From: the human T2T-CHM13v2.0 reference genome, Homo sapiens
DNA length: 64,000 nt
Assembly (NCBI RefSeq): GCF_009914755.1
Contig: NC_060928.1
Strand: one strand, 5' to 3'
The position numbers and the translations under genes are program-made. Shown here in pieces: positions 25,891 to 39,079 of this stretch (within the stretch, counting starts at the first letter, position 1; each line of letters begins with the position of its first letter). The notes beneath the pieces are model-generated. The model saw nothing but the letters and a program-made list of their open reading frames with translations, had not been told where the DNA came from and ran no database searches.

Positions 25891-27629
25891 TTTTAAGTAC
25901 AATTATTTTACTTCCATGAATAAACAGAAATAAGGCATGGTGGGAAGGAAGGAGAAAAGATAAGAGAAGGAGAGAGAAAAGAAGGAAAAGGAAAGCAGTA
26001 ACAAATTAGAAAGAAAAAAAAGACAACATAAGCCCCTCCAACTCCCTCCTCCTCTCTTCCTTCTCTCCTCTCTTCTGTCTTCTAGCCCTTCTCACTTCTC
26101 CTCCCCTTTTTTGATCCCTTTCCCTTACTGAAAAATCTTTAGTTTCTGTGTGAAAATGGAGTATATTTTCTGCAAAAAGATCTTAACTTAGACCTAAAGC
26201 TCTTATCTTTGTAATTTCTAGATGATAAGGATTCTGCACAGGGTCAGATATATAACAAGATTATTAATTAATATCAATAAATATTTGATTGATGAATGTT
26301 TATATGAAGGAAAATACATCATACATTTTGGTAGTACCTATGTAACTGACAGAAAACATATACAAAGTATACATTTAACAGTGCTTTGTTGTAAAGACTC
26401 ATAGCTTATACTAACTTTTGCAAATCCATACTAATATAAATATATATAACATTAATCCAACTGCAGTTTGAGTGTATGTATATACATACTAATAGGGTTA
26501 GTCTTTCTTTCCTTTTCTTACTTTTCCTAAGATGAGATATTTTATATGAAACTTATTTTTAGTAATGTTCTTTCTATCATCTCTAATAAGAAAAGTATAG
26601 ACTCTTAGAGCCAGATATTTCTAGGAAGTTAAACAGATATTTTCATTTGATTCAACAAAAAGTTATTTGACACTCCACAATCTAAATACTATATAGGTCT
26701 ACTTACATTTTAATTTCACAGTTTATACACTTTGATTAATTCTAAATACAATCTCTTTACATCTGGAAACTTTTCTGAGTTTTTCCAGTGCCTAGAAGGA
26801 AAAGATAAGAGCCATAGCTGGCTTACCAAATGTGCCAAACACAATGACAGCCATCAGGAGGAGTGCTGGTGAGTTCTGAATACCCATGTCTGTACTTGAT
26901 CTTGATCCTGGTCTAAATGGTGGAATCAATACTGCAGCCCACCTGCATGTGCTCTCTACAACCCTGAGAATGGTTTATTGCTCTCCTCCTACTCTCTCCC
27001 CACTAAAGAACAAAAGTTACAGTTTATCAAGTAGCTTGCTTGTCACTTATAAGCCAATAAAGACACTGAGTTTGTTTTTCAATCATTGTTTTAATTGGGG
27101 TTTTAGGGACATGATGAGATGAGTTTGTTGAATAGAGAAACGAGTCTATTACGTCCTGGGGGTGAAACTGCATAATTGAGAAGGAGTCAATGCCAGTTGT
27201 GGTTAATGGTGACTTACAAAATGGAGTCTTGAGAATATCTATGCAACTTTACCAATGACATGTTTGTACAAAGCAGGGAATTAAGACACACTTCCTCAGA
27301 GAGTACTTGCTTTTGTATTTTGTACCTATTTGCATAATCCCATTTAAACTATTAATAGAATTTGTCAAACTAAAAGTATATGTACAGCTTAGATATGCTG
27401 CAGAGAATTCAAGTTCAGACTATGACTTTTTTCCTGTCAAAAACTGCAAACTACCATTTACTTGTTGTTTCAAGACAGCTGTTTCCATGGGCTTGAAGTT
27501 TAATTAATTAAGAGTGACCTATGAGCTGTGATTTTGTTTCTTAAGCAGTTTCATAAGTGACCTTACTTATCCCATAGTGACCACATTTTAATTTTTGCAT
27601 TAAAAAAATCAAACAACAAAACATTTTAA

Positions 27630-28035
27630 TTGGTTTTCTAGGGCTACCATAACAAAGTATCATAGACTAGATGGTTTAAACAACAGAATTTTTTTTTATC
27701 TTAAGGTTCTGGAGCTTGGAAGTCCAAAATCAAGGTTTGACAGGTTGTTTCTTTCTGAGGACTATGAGAGAAGAAGTTGTTCCAGGTATGTCTACCTGCT
27801 TAGTACATGGTCATCTTTATGTTTACATGGTGTTTTCCTTGTATGCATATCTGTCTCCAAATTTTCTCTTTTGATAAAGTTACAGGCCATATTGAATTAG
27901 GGGCTCACCATAATAACCTCATTTAACTGGATTACCTCTTTAAGGATCCTGTGTCCAAACAAGATCACATTCTGGAGTATTGGGAGTTAGGATTTCAATG
28001 TATAAATTTGAGGTATAATTCAACTCAAAACAGCA
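27630..28035 (-). mobile_element. MLT1 (A-C-like) LTR; duplicated copy at 44898-45302
   Basis: CTAGGGCTACCATAACAAAGTA..TTAAACAACAGAA..GGAAGTCCAAAATCAAGG. Confidence 0.8.
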
Positions 28036-28929
28036 TTTAACTGAAGAACTGGTGATTACTGGAGAGTTGATACACTCTGAAAGCAAAACTTGCCCAAATA
28101 ATAACATCTTTCTTTTGCTAATTCTCATTGAGCATCTATTACCTGCCAGGGCCCTTGCTTGACACTAAGTATTTGAAGATAATAACAATTGAGTTTCTGC
28201 TTTTGAGATGTTCACAGTCTATTTTAAGAGACAGACATGTAAACACGTTAAACTAGAAGGTGATCTGTGTTATAATAGTTGTATACCAGAGACATTATGG
28301 AGGCTATGAGGAAGGAAGACTTTCCCCATGGCAGTCAGGGGAGACCTTATAGGGCACATAACATTGAACTGGTGAAAAGGTAAAAGAAAACTCATCACTT
28401 TAAAAAAAAAAAAGGCTGATATGCATTTGAGACAGAGAAATGCATAAAGTGGCACAAAGAAGATCTAAGTATGTTAAGGAAGGGGAGAAAAGCTATTTCA
28501 ATTTTAAAATGAGATGTATTAATAACCTGAAAACATTTAATTGACTGATCACAACTTCGCCTTTGTGCAAATCAAAAAGCTGCAAATAAGCTATAAGTAT
28601 TATTCAGAGACAACCTTGATTTCCTTGAATCTCATTTTCCCTCCGTACCAAATAAAGGTAATAAAATGTTGTGCTATCAATGCATACGGCATTATGATGA
28701 TAAAAAGAAAGTACATAAATATGTTTTATTATATAAAATATTTACTTACACTGAGATCCAATGTGCTATAATCATAACAATTGTTTATTGTACTGTGCTT
28801 TGTGTCAACATTGCTCTATGAATTTTTGTTTGTTATCCAGAAACTTTACAAAGGGTATTTCTAACTTATAAACAAGATATAGAACTATCAGAATATCAGA
28901 ATGGTGAATAATTTAAAATAGTCAAACAT

Positions 28930-29380
28930 TCCTAGCAGCTCCTCATTTTAAAAGGTAGAATCTATTTTCCAGGCCCCTTGATTCTATGTTGACCGTATGA
29001 CTTGCTTTGGCCAATAGGATGTGATAAAAGTGATGTTGTAGATGTTCCAGGTCAAAAAGGCAAGGAGCCTAGGAGCTTCTACTCCTGCCCTCTTGGAATG
29101 CTTCTGCCACCATATGAAGACAGCCAAGCTCACCTGCTAAAGGCACTAGGCCCAGCCACCAACCAGACACATGAATGAGAAAGGCCCACTCAGTCACCAG
29201 GAGACTAACTATACCCCATGAGTGACCCAAAGAGACACCATCAGAAGAACCAACCAACTGAGCCCAGCCCAAGTTGTAGTACCACATAGCCCAAATTAAT
29301 GACCCTTAGAGACATGAACCAGAATAAAATGGTGGTTTATTTTAACTCACTGCATTTTGGGGAGACAACAGGTAACTGAC
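28930..29380 (+). mobile_element. MLT1 (F-H-like) LTR; duplicated copy at ~46175-46615
   Basis: ATGACTTGCTTTGGCCAATAGGATGTG..GAGCCCAGCCCAA..AATAAAATGGTGG. Confidence 0.7.
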
Positions 29381-30729
29381 AGAGTAACTCAGCAGGCTAC
29401 ATAAAGTGGCTGAACACATTTTATACTTTAGTTATTTGGCTAAATATGCACAATATTATCTTTAAAGTTATCTAAATAATTTTAGTTAGTTGGCTAAATA
29501 TGCACAATATTATCTAAAAATGCACAATATTATCTTTAGACTATCATAAAGTGGCTCATAACATGAATGGTTGCTAGTTATTAATTAGTACCCTGAGATT
29601 GGTTATACAAATTTTACAAAGCTAATCTTATGACCAAGATACAAGCCAACACTCCTCAGCAGTCTGAAAATAATCTACTTTAATGAAAATCACCCTATAT
29701 TAAATATCAGAAAACTGAATTCTAACCCATTTTCATAATAAAATAGTTTTGTGATATTTGACAACTCTGCGATGGTCTCTGAGCCTTCACAGTCCCATCT
29801 ATAAAACGAGAAGACTGTTTTTTTTTGTGTGTGAGCTCTCAAGTTTTGAACCAAATTCCTGTCTGGCTGCCAAGGGGTTAGTCCCCAGTCTCAACATTTG
29901 ATTTGTTATTTCCTCTCCATGTGATCTGGCTTCATTTTTTAGGGAATTTTTTAAAGCAACAGCAACAATTCCAACTAACTTACACTAAAAAAGGAAAGAT
30001 TTATCACTTTTAATGTGAAGGACAAAAATGTCAGTAGTAGTACTAACCTCTTCACAGGTGAACATGAGGTCCTGGATGTGGTATAGTAGACTCTTCAGCT
30101 TTAGAGCCGATGGATCCAGATTCCAGGTTTTAATTTTAAGCATAGCAGAGGAAGAGAAGTCAGAGGCTGATGCCCTGCTGTTGGGGTGATTTATTTCTCT
30201 ACTTTAAACACAACAACTCCAATTTCTTGGTTTGAGTTGGTTTCACAATTTCTGCAGAAGAAGAAAGCAAACACTCAAAACAGCCCCTTTGTGAGGTCAA
30301 GAACTGATTTGTGCACAGCAATTGGCCAGTGTGGTTAGGCATTCTCCTATTATGAGCTTTCATTTATTTCTGCCTCCTTTCCCATTTTTCTTCCTCTGGT
30401 ATTATAGTCCTTAATACTTTCTTTGATGTGACAATTTTGTTTCTGTCCTAAGAACCTGGGGTGCTACTGTCTTCCTGGGACAGCATTGAATACAGAGTTC
30501 CCCAGAGGGCTTTCTCAAGATAAACACTCTTATCAGGTCCCATGAAAATTCCAATAGGAAGAATGCTAACTAATGCAGCCAAATTTTAAAACCATTATAT
30601 TTTGTATATTGGTAAAAAGGATTGAAACAACATGAAACTTAGTAGTAGTTATCTAGCCACTCACTTTTTCTGCCTCTATTGATATGAGTTTTGAAAAAGA
30701 AAACATTTTACTCACCATTTCACTGCCAA

Positions 30730-32986
30730 CTTTTTGATGTTAGGGCCCCTGAAGTCCAAAGTCCAAAGGAGATATATTTAGCTTATTTGGTGTAATAAAA
30801 TCATGCAGGGAGCATTGTCACATATAAAATGGTGCTTAACATCCTCTGATTTCTATTTCTATAAATGTGTTATTGTATGTTTTTCAAAATTGAGATTCCT
30901 GTGATTCTCATATGTCTTTAGTATATGTTATAAGTAGTAATTACAATTATTATGCAAATTTGTTTTATGTCACAGAAATAATCAAATTTTCTTGTAAATT
31001 GTGTCTTCAGTCATGATTGTTCTAAGACTTTGGTCATCCACTATTGTTGTTTCACTTTGATACTTTTATGTGGCAGTTTATAATCAGCTATAGAGCTCTG
31101 AGAAGTACCTTAAATATAGGTTTCTAATGAATTTAGAGATTGTGCCGTTGGAATAGAGAAAAAAAACACTTTCAGGACTTCATAGAAAGCTAATACATTC
31201 ATAAGGACTGGTGGTCAAATATCAGGCCAAACAAAAGTTAGTAACATGGACTAAAGTGATTAAAACAACCTAAATAATCATTTTGTGATTTTTTTTGTTT
31301 TTGCCTAAAATGTTGCTGATCCTTTATGCTTTCTTTTTCAGAGTCAGTAAAACTTTTTTTCTTTTGAGGTATACATAGATTTCAGCAATTGAGTAAGATA
31401 TATTCCTATGAGCAAAATTTGGAGCACGTTTCTTTCTCTCTACATGATTGCTCCAGAATTTGGAAACTATTAGAGTATTCTTAAGGCAATATAGCTATCA
31501 GCATAAATACAACAAGAATCTGTTTTAGGACAAAATTGGAGACACTAGTAATTTTTACAAATGCATTGACTGGAATGAGAGGCTTTCAACTATGAATACA
31601 CTCCTTTAAGGAATCAAAGTTTATTTACAGAACCAGTAATAGCCCCTTGGCAAACTGGCCTCATACATTGTCTGTGCAATCCCTGTACAGGATTCCTGAC
31701 CTGTAGTAAGTAAACAACGTCACTTTATGAAAGGTCCTGGAGCCCCAAATTATCTTGGGTCCTTGAAAGAAGAGGAATTTCATCCAATTCATACAGATGT
31801 TTGCAGGGACAGATAAATCCATAGCTGGACTCCAGGCTTAAAAAATCTAGTCTAAGATTCCTTATGGAACGAAGATTCATAAAAGCCTATCTTAAAAGAG
31901 CCTATGTGGCAAATAATTATTCTTCCTGCATTTTATGCAAATAATCAGGCCAAGTATAATAAGACTAAACCTTATTTTGCAATACATTGTTCCTACTATG
32001 ATTTTATCTTTAGTAAAATTGGGGAATTAGAGTAAAACCATGTTTCAGAGTAATATACAGTGCACCTGTTATTTGGACATAATTCTAAAATATTTCCTGT
32101 CTGTGAATCTCCAAAATAATGTTTTCAATTTTTTCCTTCTTTTCCTTTTTTTCTGATTTTTCCTGATTTGAAATCACTGTGCTTCTCTTAAAGCCCTGTG
32201 AACTGAAACTAGACAACTTAAACCTCAGAAGAAAATATCAACAACCTATTTGTATACATAAATTGCTTTCATACCTGTCTACTGATGTATGGGTTTCAAA
32301 GTAGTATGGCCTATATCAGTTTTCCAAGATTGTTTTCTTTTTTATGTTTGTTTGTTGTTTCTTTTTTCCTCCCTCCTCCTATTTTTTATTTGTAGGACGT
32401 GAGACTTCAAAAACTGCTGAAAATGAGCTTTTCTAACAATGTTGGGCCTATTTGTCTAGGAATAAATCATCCTAGCAACGAGAGATCAGACAAAACCCAA
32501 GATTAGATACTAATTTTCTTCCAAAATGCTTTCTCAGAAAAATTGTAAAAAGAGGGGAAAATGTGAATGGAAAATGAAATCTTGGGACCCCAATTTACTC
32601 TGCCAAAAGAAAAGAAAATTAAGCTGAAAGGTGAGTCATGCAAGAAGCTGCCTTTCCTTTTGTTCCTAAGCAGAAAGGTACAAATAAAAAGTTAAATACC
32701 ACCATGGGTAGCTACTCTATGTTTACTTTATCTTATAAAGAGCATCAGACCAATACAAAGTTGACTATTTCCGTAACTGCTACTTTTCTCTTGCAATATG
32801 TGGGGTCAGTAATGTGACCGTGCCTTCTCTCTGACCCCTCCAGGCTCTCTCGCCTTTAAACATTAAAGCCCTCAAAATCATCTTTGGAAAAATGCACGGA
32901 CCTGTCCCACAGATGAGTGACATTAACCTTGGCAAAATAAACTTCTAAATTGATGAAGACCTGTCTCAGATACTTTCATGTTTACA
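30730..32986 (+). mobile_element. MER4-group internal 3' part + PPT + MER4-family 3' LTR (32562-32986)
   Basis: PPT AAAAAGAGGGGAAAA, then TGTGAATGGAAAATGAAATCTTGGGACCCC...CTCAGATACTT..TTTACA. Confidence 0.8.
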
Positions 32987-33054
32987 TCTTCAGTGGGGAT
33001 ATTTTAAACACAGTTCAACCTGGATATCATGTTAAGTGGAAGGTGTGGACTGAT

Positions 33055-33235
33055 AATGGTTTTAAACTTGAGAGTGCACTAGAGTCATCTTGAGGGCTTC
33101 TTAGAACACTGACTTTTTGGCTCAACCCCACGATCTATGATTGAATAGCTCTGAGGTGAGACCTGAGAATTTGCATTTCTATGAAGTTCCCAGTTGACGC
33201 TGTTCTTGGGACTACTCTTTGGATTCTCTGGAAGG
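33055..33235. mobile_element. MER5A (hAT-Charlie)
   Basis: GGTTTTAAACTT..GAGTCATCTTGAGGGCTT..TTGCATTTCTATGAAGTTCCCAG. Confidence 0.7.
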
Positions 33236-33755
33236 GACTTATTCTAATCTTATTTTAATTTTATTCTAACCTAAAACAGAGTCTGTATATATTATAAATA
33301 TATCCTTAATTAAAAGAAAAGAAAGAGAAAAAGAAAGTGAATATGATAATTTTTGGCATTAATTATACCTGTCCATAATCTCTTTGATAATAGTTAGTCA
33401 TCACCCATGTAGCCTCAGGATCCAAACAAATTAATTTCCCATCTTTCAGTCTGACTCTGAAAAGAAGAAAGTATCCTGGCTAAATAACAACTATACTTAA
33501 TTTAACAATGCTTTACATTTATTCATTCAAATTTTTGAAACATGAAATGCATATGCTGAAAATGAATACTTCGATTTCTCAAACTGTGTTTATAATATGT
33601 TTAGAGTATGACTTTTAGGCACATGAGTGTGCACAGCTATATTTTTAATCAATTAAATAATAATGTCTTTTTTAGAATCTTTTCAGATATCAACCAGTCA
33701 GCACACGTTATTGGACTTATGTACAAGAGATAGTGCTAAGACTTTAGAAAATCTG

Positions 33756-36700
33756 GGTCACAGGGAGAACCCCAAAATTGGGGTTCAGCCTGGGAGACCT
33801 CATGAGTTCTTGGCTTCATGCAGGAAGGAATTTGAGAGCAACCTGACAGAGTAAAATGGACGCAAGTTTATTAAGAAAAGGAAGGAATAAAAGGGTGACT
33901 ACCTACAGGCAGAGCAGCCCCGAGTGCTCCTAGTTGCCTACTTTTATGGTTATTTATTGATCATATGCTAAACAAGGGATGGATTATTCATGAGTTTTCC
34001 AGGACAGGGCCCAGGAATTTAGAACTCAGGGTTCCACCCCTATTCAGACTATACAGGGTAACTTCCAGGCATTTCCATGGCAGTTGTAAACTGTCATGGT
34101 GCTGGTGGTAGTGTATAATGAGCAGTGAGGACAACCAAAGGTTGCTTTCTTTGCCTTCTTGGTTTTGGGGAATTTTGACCAGCTTCTTTACCACAACCTC
34201 TTTTACCAGTAGGATCTTTGTGACCTGTACCTTGTGAAAGCAGTCCTGCCAAACTCTTATCTCATCCCCACCTCAGAGATTAAATACACCCCCTTAATCT
34301 TAAGGGATTGGAAAAGGACAGAGGTTTCACCATCTATAACGATTTCATTCTGAACAGGGACTGTCACGCCTATCTGCTCTGGAGATACAGAAATCTCTCA
34401 CTACCTGATGTAATAATTTATAGAGACTTGGTCTTTCCCACAGTGGCACAGGCTAGAACCCTTGGGAAAATACCCTTGGGCATATTTTTCTGGAAGAGTT
34501 TTAGTCAGGAAAACATAAACTTTAACTATTTGAACCCCCTTGAACATAACAAATAATTATTTAACAGGAAAATCCAATAACACCTAGTGATAATTAAATG
34601 TTTAAGTCCAGTTGAACAATGCTTATAAGAAGTGTAGATGCCATTTGGAATCTAGTAAATAGACTGGAAAACCAGTCTTCTGATATATGAAATACAAAGA
34701 AAAACAGATTTTCAATAAAAGACATTTTTATGAGAACAGAAGAAAAACAAAGATTCATGGTGACACAATCTATCCATATGTTAGTCTCAAAACATCTTTA
34801 GTTATAGAGGCGGAAGGTGGTGGCAGTCTGACACATTTTTCTCACCTGTCTCACAAGGAATAAGCTTTAGCTTACAGAGCCTCAAGAAAAGATAGTAATA
34901 ATTTTATTTAGTTTAGTTGGAAAAAGAGAAGATAAATTTGAAGACATTAGTTTGGGGACTTGTCAGTTTAAATTGCATAAAAAATGATAAAATCTCACAA
35001 ACAACAAACAAGACTAGAATCTAACAACAGGTGTATTCTAGTTTTTTGGAAATATAATTGTTCTCTCTTTAGACTCCCATTTTTACCAAACACAAATCAT
35101 GGCAGGACTGATTTGTTTGCAAAATAAGTTTTAGTTTTATTGTTATACTTGGCCTGATTATTTGTATAAAGTGCAAGAAGAATAATTATTTGCCATGTAG
35201 GCTTTGTTTGATTTGGCTTTGATGAAACTTTGTTCTATAAGGAATCCCATATTAGACATTTTAAAGCCCTGAGTCCAGCCACAGATTTACCTGTGCCTTC
35301 AAATAATTGTATTTGTAAGAGTTGGGTGAATTCCTCTCTTCTTGAGGTCACAGAATGACTTGAGGTTTCTGGGCCTGTCAGAATGAGATATTTTTTATTT
35401 ACCACAAATCAGGAACCCATACAGTAACTGCATAGACAAGGTATGAGGCCAGCTTCCCAAGGGGCTTTTATAGTTTATGTAAGTCAACTTTGATTCCTTA
35501 AAGCAGTGTATTCATATTTGAAAGCATGCCATTCCAGTCAACACCTTAAGTAAAATAACCAGTGTCTCCAACTGTGTCCTGCTACAAAAGAAACAGATTC
35601 TTATTGCACTTATACAGATAAATATATTGCCGTAAGTTAAGAATACTCACAAATCGTTTCCAAATTCTGGAGAAATCAGGTAGGGAAAAAGAAATGTGCT
35701 CCAAAGTTTGCTCAGAGGAGTATACACCTTACTTAATTGCTAAAAGCTATGAATAGGTCAAAAGAAAAATGTTCTTGACTCTGAAAAATAAAGCAGAAAG
35801 GCTCATCAATGTTTAAAGCAATAAAATTATTAAAAGATTATTTTGGTCTTTTATCAGTTTTGTCCATGCTATTAACTCTTGTTTTGCCTGATATTGGACC
35901 AACAGTCCTTATGGATATATTAGCTTTCTGTGAGAGTCCTGGAAGGTTTTATTCCTCTCTACTTTAATGGAACACTGTCCAAAGTTATCACTGACCTTCA
36001 CTTAAGAGTACTCATCAGAATCCTATAGCTGATTACCAACCACCTTTTGAAGAGGATCAAAACAAGACAAAAATTGTCTGTGGATGAAAAAAGTCTTAGG
36101 ACATCCACAGTTAAAGACACAATTGACAAGGAAATATGATTTACTCTGTGGCACACAATAATTGTATATAGTATTTATAATTATTACTGATAATGTACAC
36201 TAAGTTATATCAGAATTATTGGAGTTTTGCATAATTTTAGAACACATACCAGTAACACATTTAGACAAATACAGCCTAAAGGAAGCCAAATATCATTCTA
36301 TATCTGGCAATGCTTCCTGTATGATGTTAATATACCAAATAAGCCAAATATGCCATTTTTGGACTTTAGGGGACCTGATATCTAAAATGATTAATCAGGT
36401 CAGAAAAAGATTTAATGTAGTATTTGATTTTGCAAAGCTTGTCAAACATCAATGGCTTAAGATACTTGATATTATAAAATAGGACTCCAGGACATCGTAA
36501 GTCATTTATTTAGCCATAATGATAACTCAGATATTTGAAAAAGGCAAAAAGCTTTACTCCTTGATAAAGAGGATACTTACTTTCCAAAGTCTGTGTCTCT
36601 TTTCTCTCCCTTATTTTTTATATAATTATTCAAAAGGCAAACAAAAATATTTCATTGTCTCTCATTATTCAAAAATCTTGTTCAAAAAGGAAAATTGAAT

Positions 36701-39000
36701 TTCACTTTTGCATTAGTTCATCATTAATGCTAAAGCTAAGTTTTAATAAAACCCTTATCAACTTATCTATTACCCAATTTTCATTTGTTTGACCATAAGG
36801 TAAGATTTCCATAAACCTTTTGTAATCTTTTATAATTTTGTATGAAACAGCAGATCAACGTTTCAAAAAACCCTGTTATTCTGACACAGGGGCCAATATT
36901 CTTATCCTGCATCAGGGTGCTTTTATTTTAATATTCAGTTTATGGAAAAAATAAATAATACTCATAATTTTGGTCAACTTACTTACACACAGAATTCTTT
37001 ACAAGGTTAATGTTTCACAAACCTTCTACAACTTGCTTAAACCTTCAGTTTTATCCTATTTCTTAAATCCTCTAAATTAGACTAAATGACTTTCTTTTTT
37101 AAAAAAACACATTCTCATGCCTTTCTACCAAGAACATATAATTTTTATTTTTTAATGTTGCCGAGACCAGCTCACCTGGAGAGACCCTAACCCAGTGGTG
37201 CTAGAGGAATGAAAGACACATATACAGAAATATAGAGGTATGGAGTGGGAAATCAGGGATCTCACAGCCTTCAGAGCTGAGAGCCTCAAACAGAGATTAA
37301 CCCACGTATTTATTGACAGCAAGCCAGTGATAAACATTGTTTCTATAGATTATAGATTAACTAAAAGTATTCCTTATGGGAAACAAAGGGATGGGCTGAA
37401 ATAAAGGGATGGTTTTGGCTAGTTATCTGCAGCAGGAGCATGTCCTTAAGGCACAGATCGCTCATGCTATTGTTTGTGGTTTAAGAATGACTTTAAGTGG
37501 TTGTCTGCCCTGGGTGGGCCAGGTGTTCCTTGCCCTCATTCCAGTAAACCCACAACCTTCCAGCATGGGCGTCATGGCCATCACGGACATGTCACAGTGC
37601 TGCAGAGATTTTGTTTATGGCCAGTTTTGGGGCCAGTTTATGGCCAGATTTTGAGGGCCTATTCCCAACATAATGTAATCAATTTTAATTGTGGACCAGG
37701 TGCAGAGCCTAGGATACAGGACAGAGCTGCAAAGTCATGCTCTTTCCAGCATAGCTAGGTGTCATGGGAAATTCTGTATGTCCCCAGGCCTTATCTACAA
37801 TCTAATGGCTCCAAAGCAGGTAAGTTGAACAATTATCAAAAGTCATCAAAGAAAATTTATGACTTTAAAGCATTTAGCAAGCCTAGTGTCTGACCCATAT
37901 AATTTAGATCAAATGTCCAAATCTTGAAGACATTTTTATTTTATTTTACTGGTAATCTTTAAATTGTCTTTATTTTAAAAAGATTATTTGAGGCATGTGA
38001 ACTAAAAGGCATGAAAGGTTTTTTCTTACAAACTATTTAAGTGCTTATTTTCTTTAAGCCAAGGATTAAAGCTCTTTTACATAAACATCACACACAAAAC
38101 ATATATAAATACACAGACTGAAGAAGAACCAGTAGTTACAAGATTCTTCGTTTGCCAGTATTTAAGTTTCTCTTTAAAGCATGCAGTTTCTAGGGCCAAA
38201 GAAGCAAGCACAGCTGGAAGGCAAAATAGACTCCCAAAAATTAAGATCCCATTTTTGTACTCAATCCTGGATTCCCAAAAAGAGGGGAACACTGTGCGAC
38301 CAGACAGTGCAATGCTTTTACCATGGATTTCACTGCAGTGGCATTCCTCCAAGGCTGGTGGTCAGCCCAAAGCCAATTAGCCCATTCTGCAATCAGCCCA
38401 TCCCCCATTCCATACCTTTTAGATGTCCAATAGCGTGCTTTTTTATTTCAATGTGAGAAGAAAGAAGTATTGGCCTGTAGTATTAACCACTCACTGTAAG
38501 CAACTGCCATTAGCCATCCCTAAAAGCACATCCTAGCTGTTACACACCAAGGCTAAAAGTTTTCCAAAAATGCAAAGTAATCTCTGACACCCCTAAAAGT
38601 CAAAAGGTCGGGTAACAATGTAAAATAGAGCAAAGCTTTAGATTTTTGAGAGAAACCTATCTGCTTACAATTCCTAGAGTTCCATGAGGATAAAACAGAG
38701 GGTTTTCCCAAAACTGGGTCTGTGGCTCCTCCTCGGTTTTTCCCAAGAAGTCCCAGGCTGTCGGAAATTACCTTAGATCCTCTCTTGTGGGCATCAGCAG
38801 TGGAAAGAAGAAAGACTGGAGAAACGATTCTGATGATTGAGAGGAAACAAAAATGATTGTTCTCAAAAGAACAAGATGTAAGAAAAGAATAAGCATAAAG
38901 GCTGTTAAAACATACGTATAGCTTGGATATAGATTTTTAATGAAGCTGACTTTGAACCATAGGAACCTTTGTTTTTTTCCAAATCTTTAAAAAGAAAAAT
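33756..39000 (-). mobile_element. MER41-family 3' LTR (33756-34264) + MER4-group non-coding internal sequence
   Basis: The LTR starts TGAGATAAGAG on the minus strand after a purine tract; the internal part is the reverse-complement homologue of 30750-32100. The far end is approximate. Confidence 0.75.
37159..37670 (-). mobile_element. MER9 solo LTR (HERV-K9/HML-3)
   Basis: Minus strand begins TGTTGGGAATAGGCCCTCAAAATCTGGCCATAAACTGGCCCCAAAACTGGCC; perfect 6-bp TSD TAATGT at 37153-37158 and 37671-37676. Confidence 0.92.
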
Positions 39001-39079
39001 TTCACCAGCATCTCCAGGATTGTATCATCTTAGCACACTCTGAGCCAGGGGTGAACATTCCAGGGTTTAAGAAAACAAC

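Larger units (their letters stand above)
26548..30730 (+). repeat. Copy A of an ancient direct duplication (paralogous to 43177-47955 and 63308-63680)
   Basis: Collinear unique-sequence matches, e.g. TTGACACTCCACAATCTAAATAC, GGTGGAATCAATACTGCAGCCCAC, CAGCCCCTTTGTGAGGTCAAGAACT. Confidence 0.92.
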
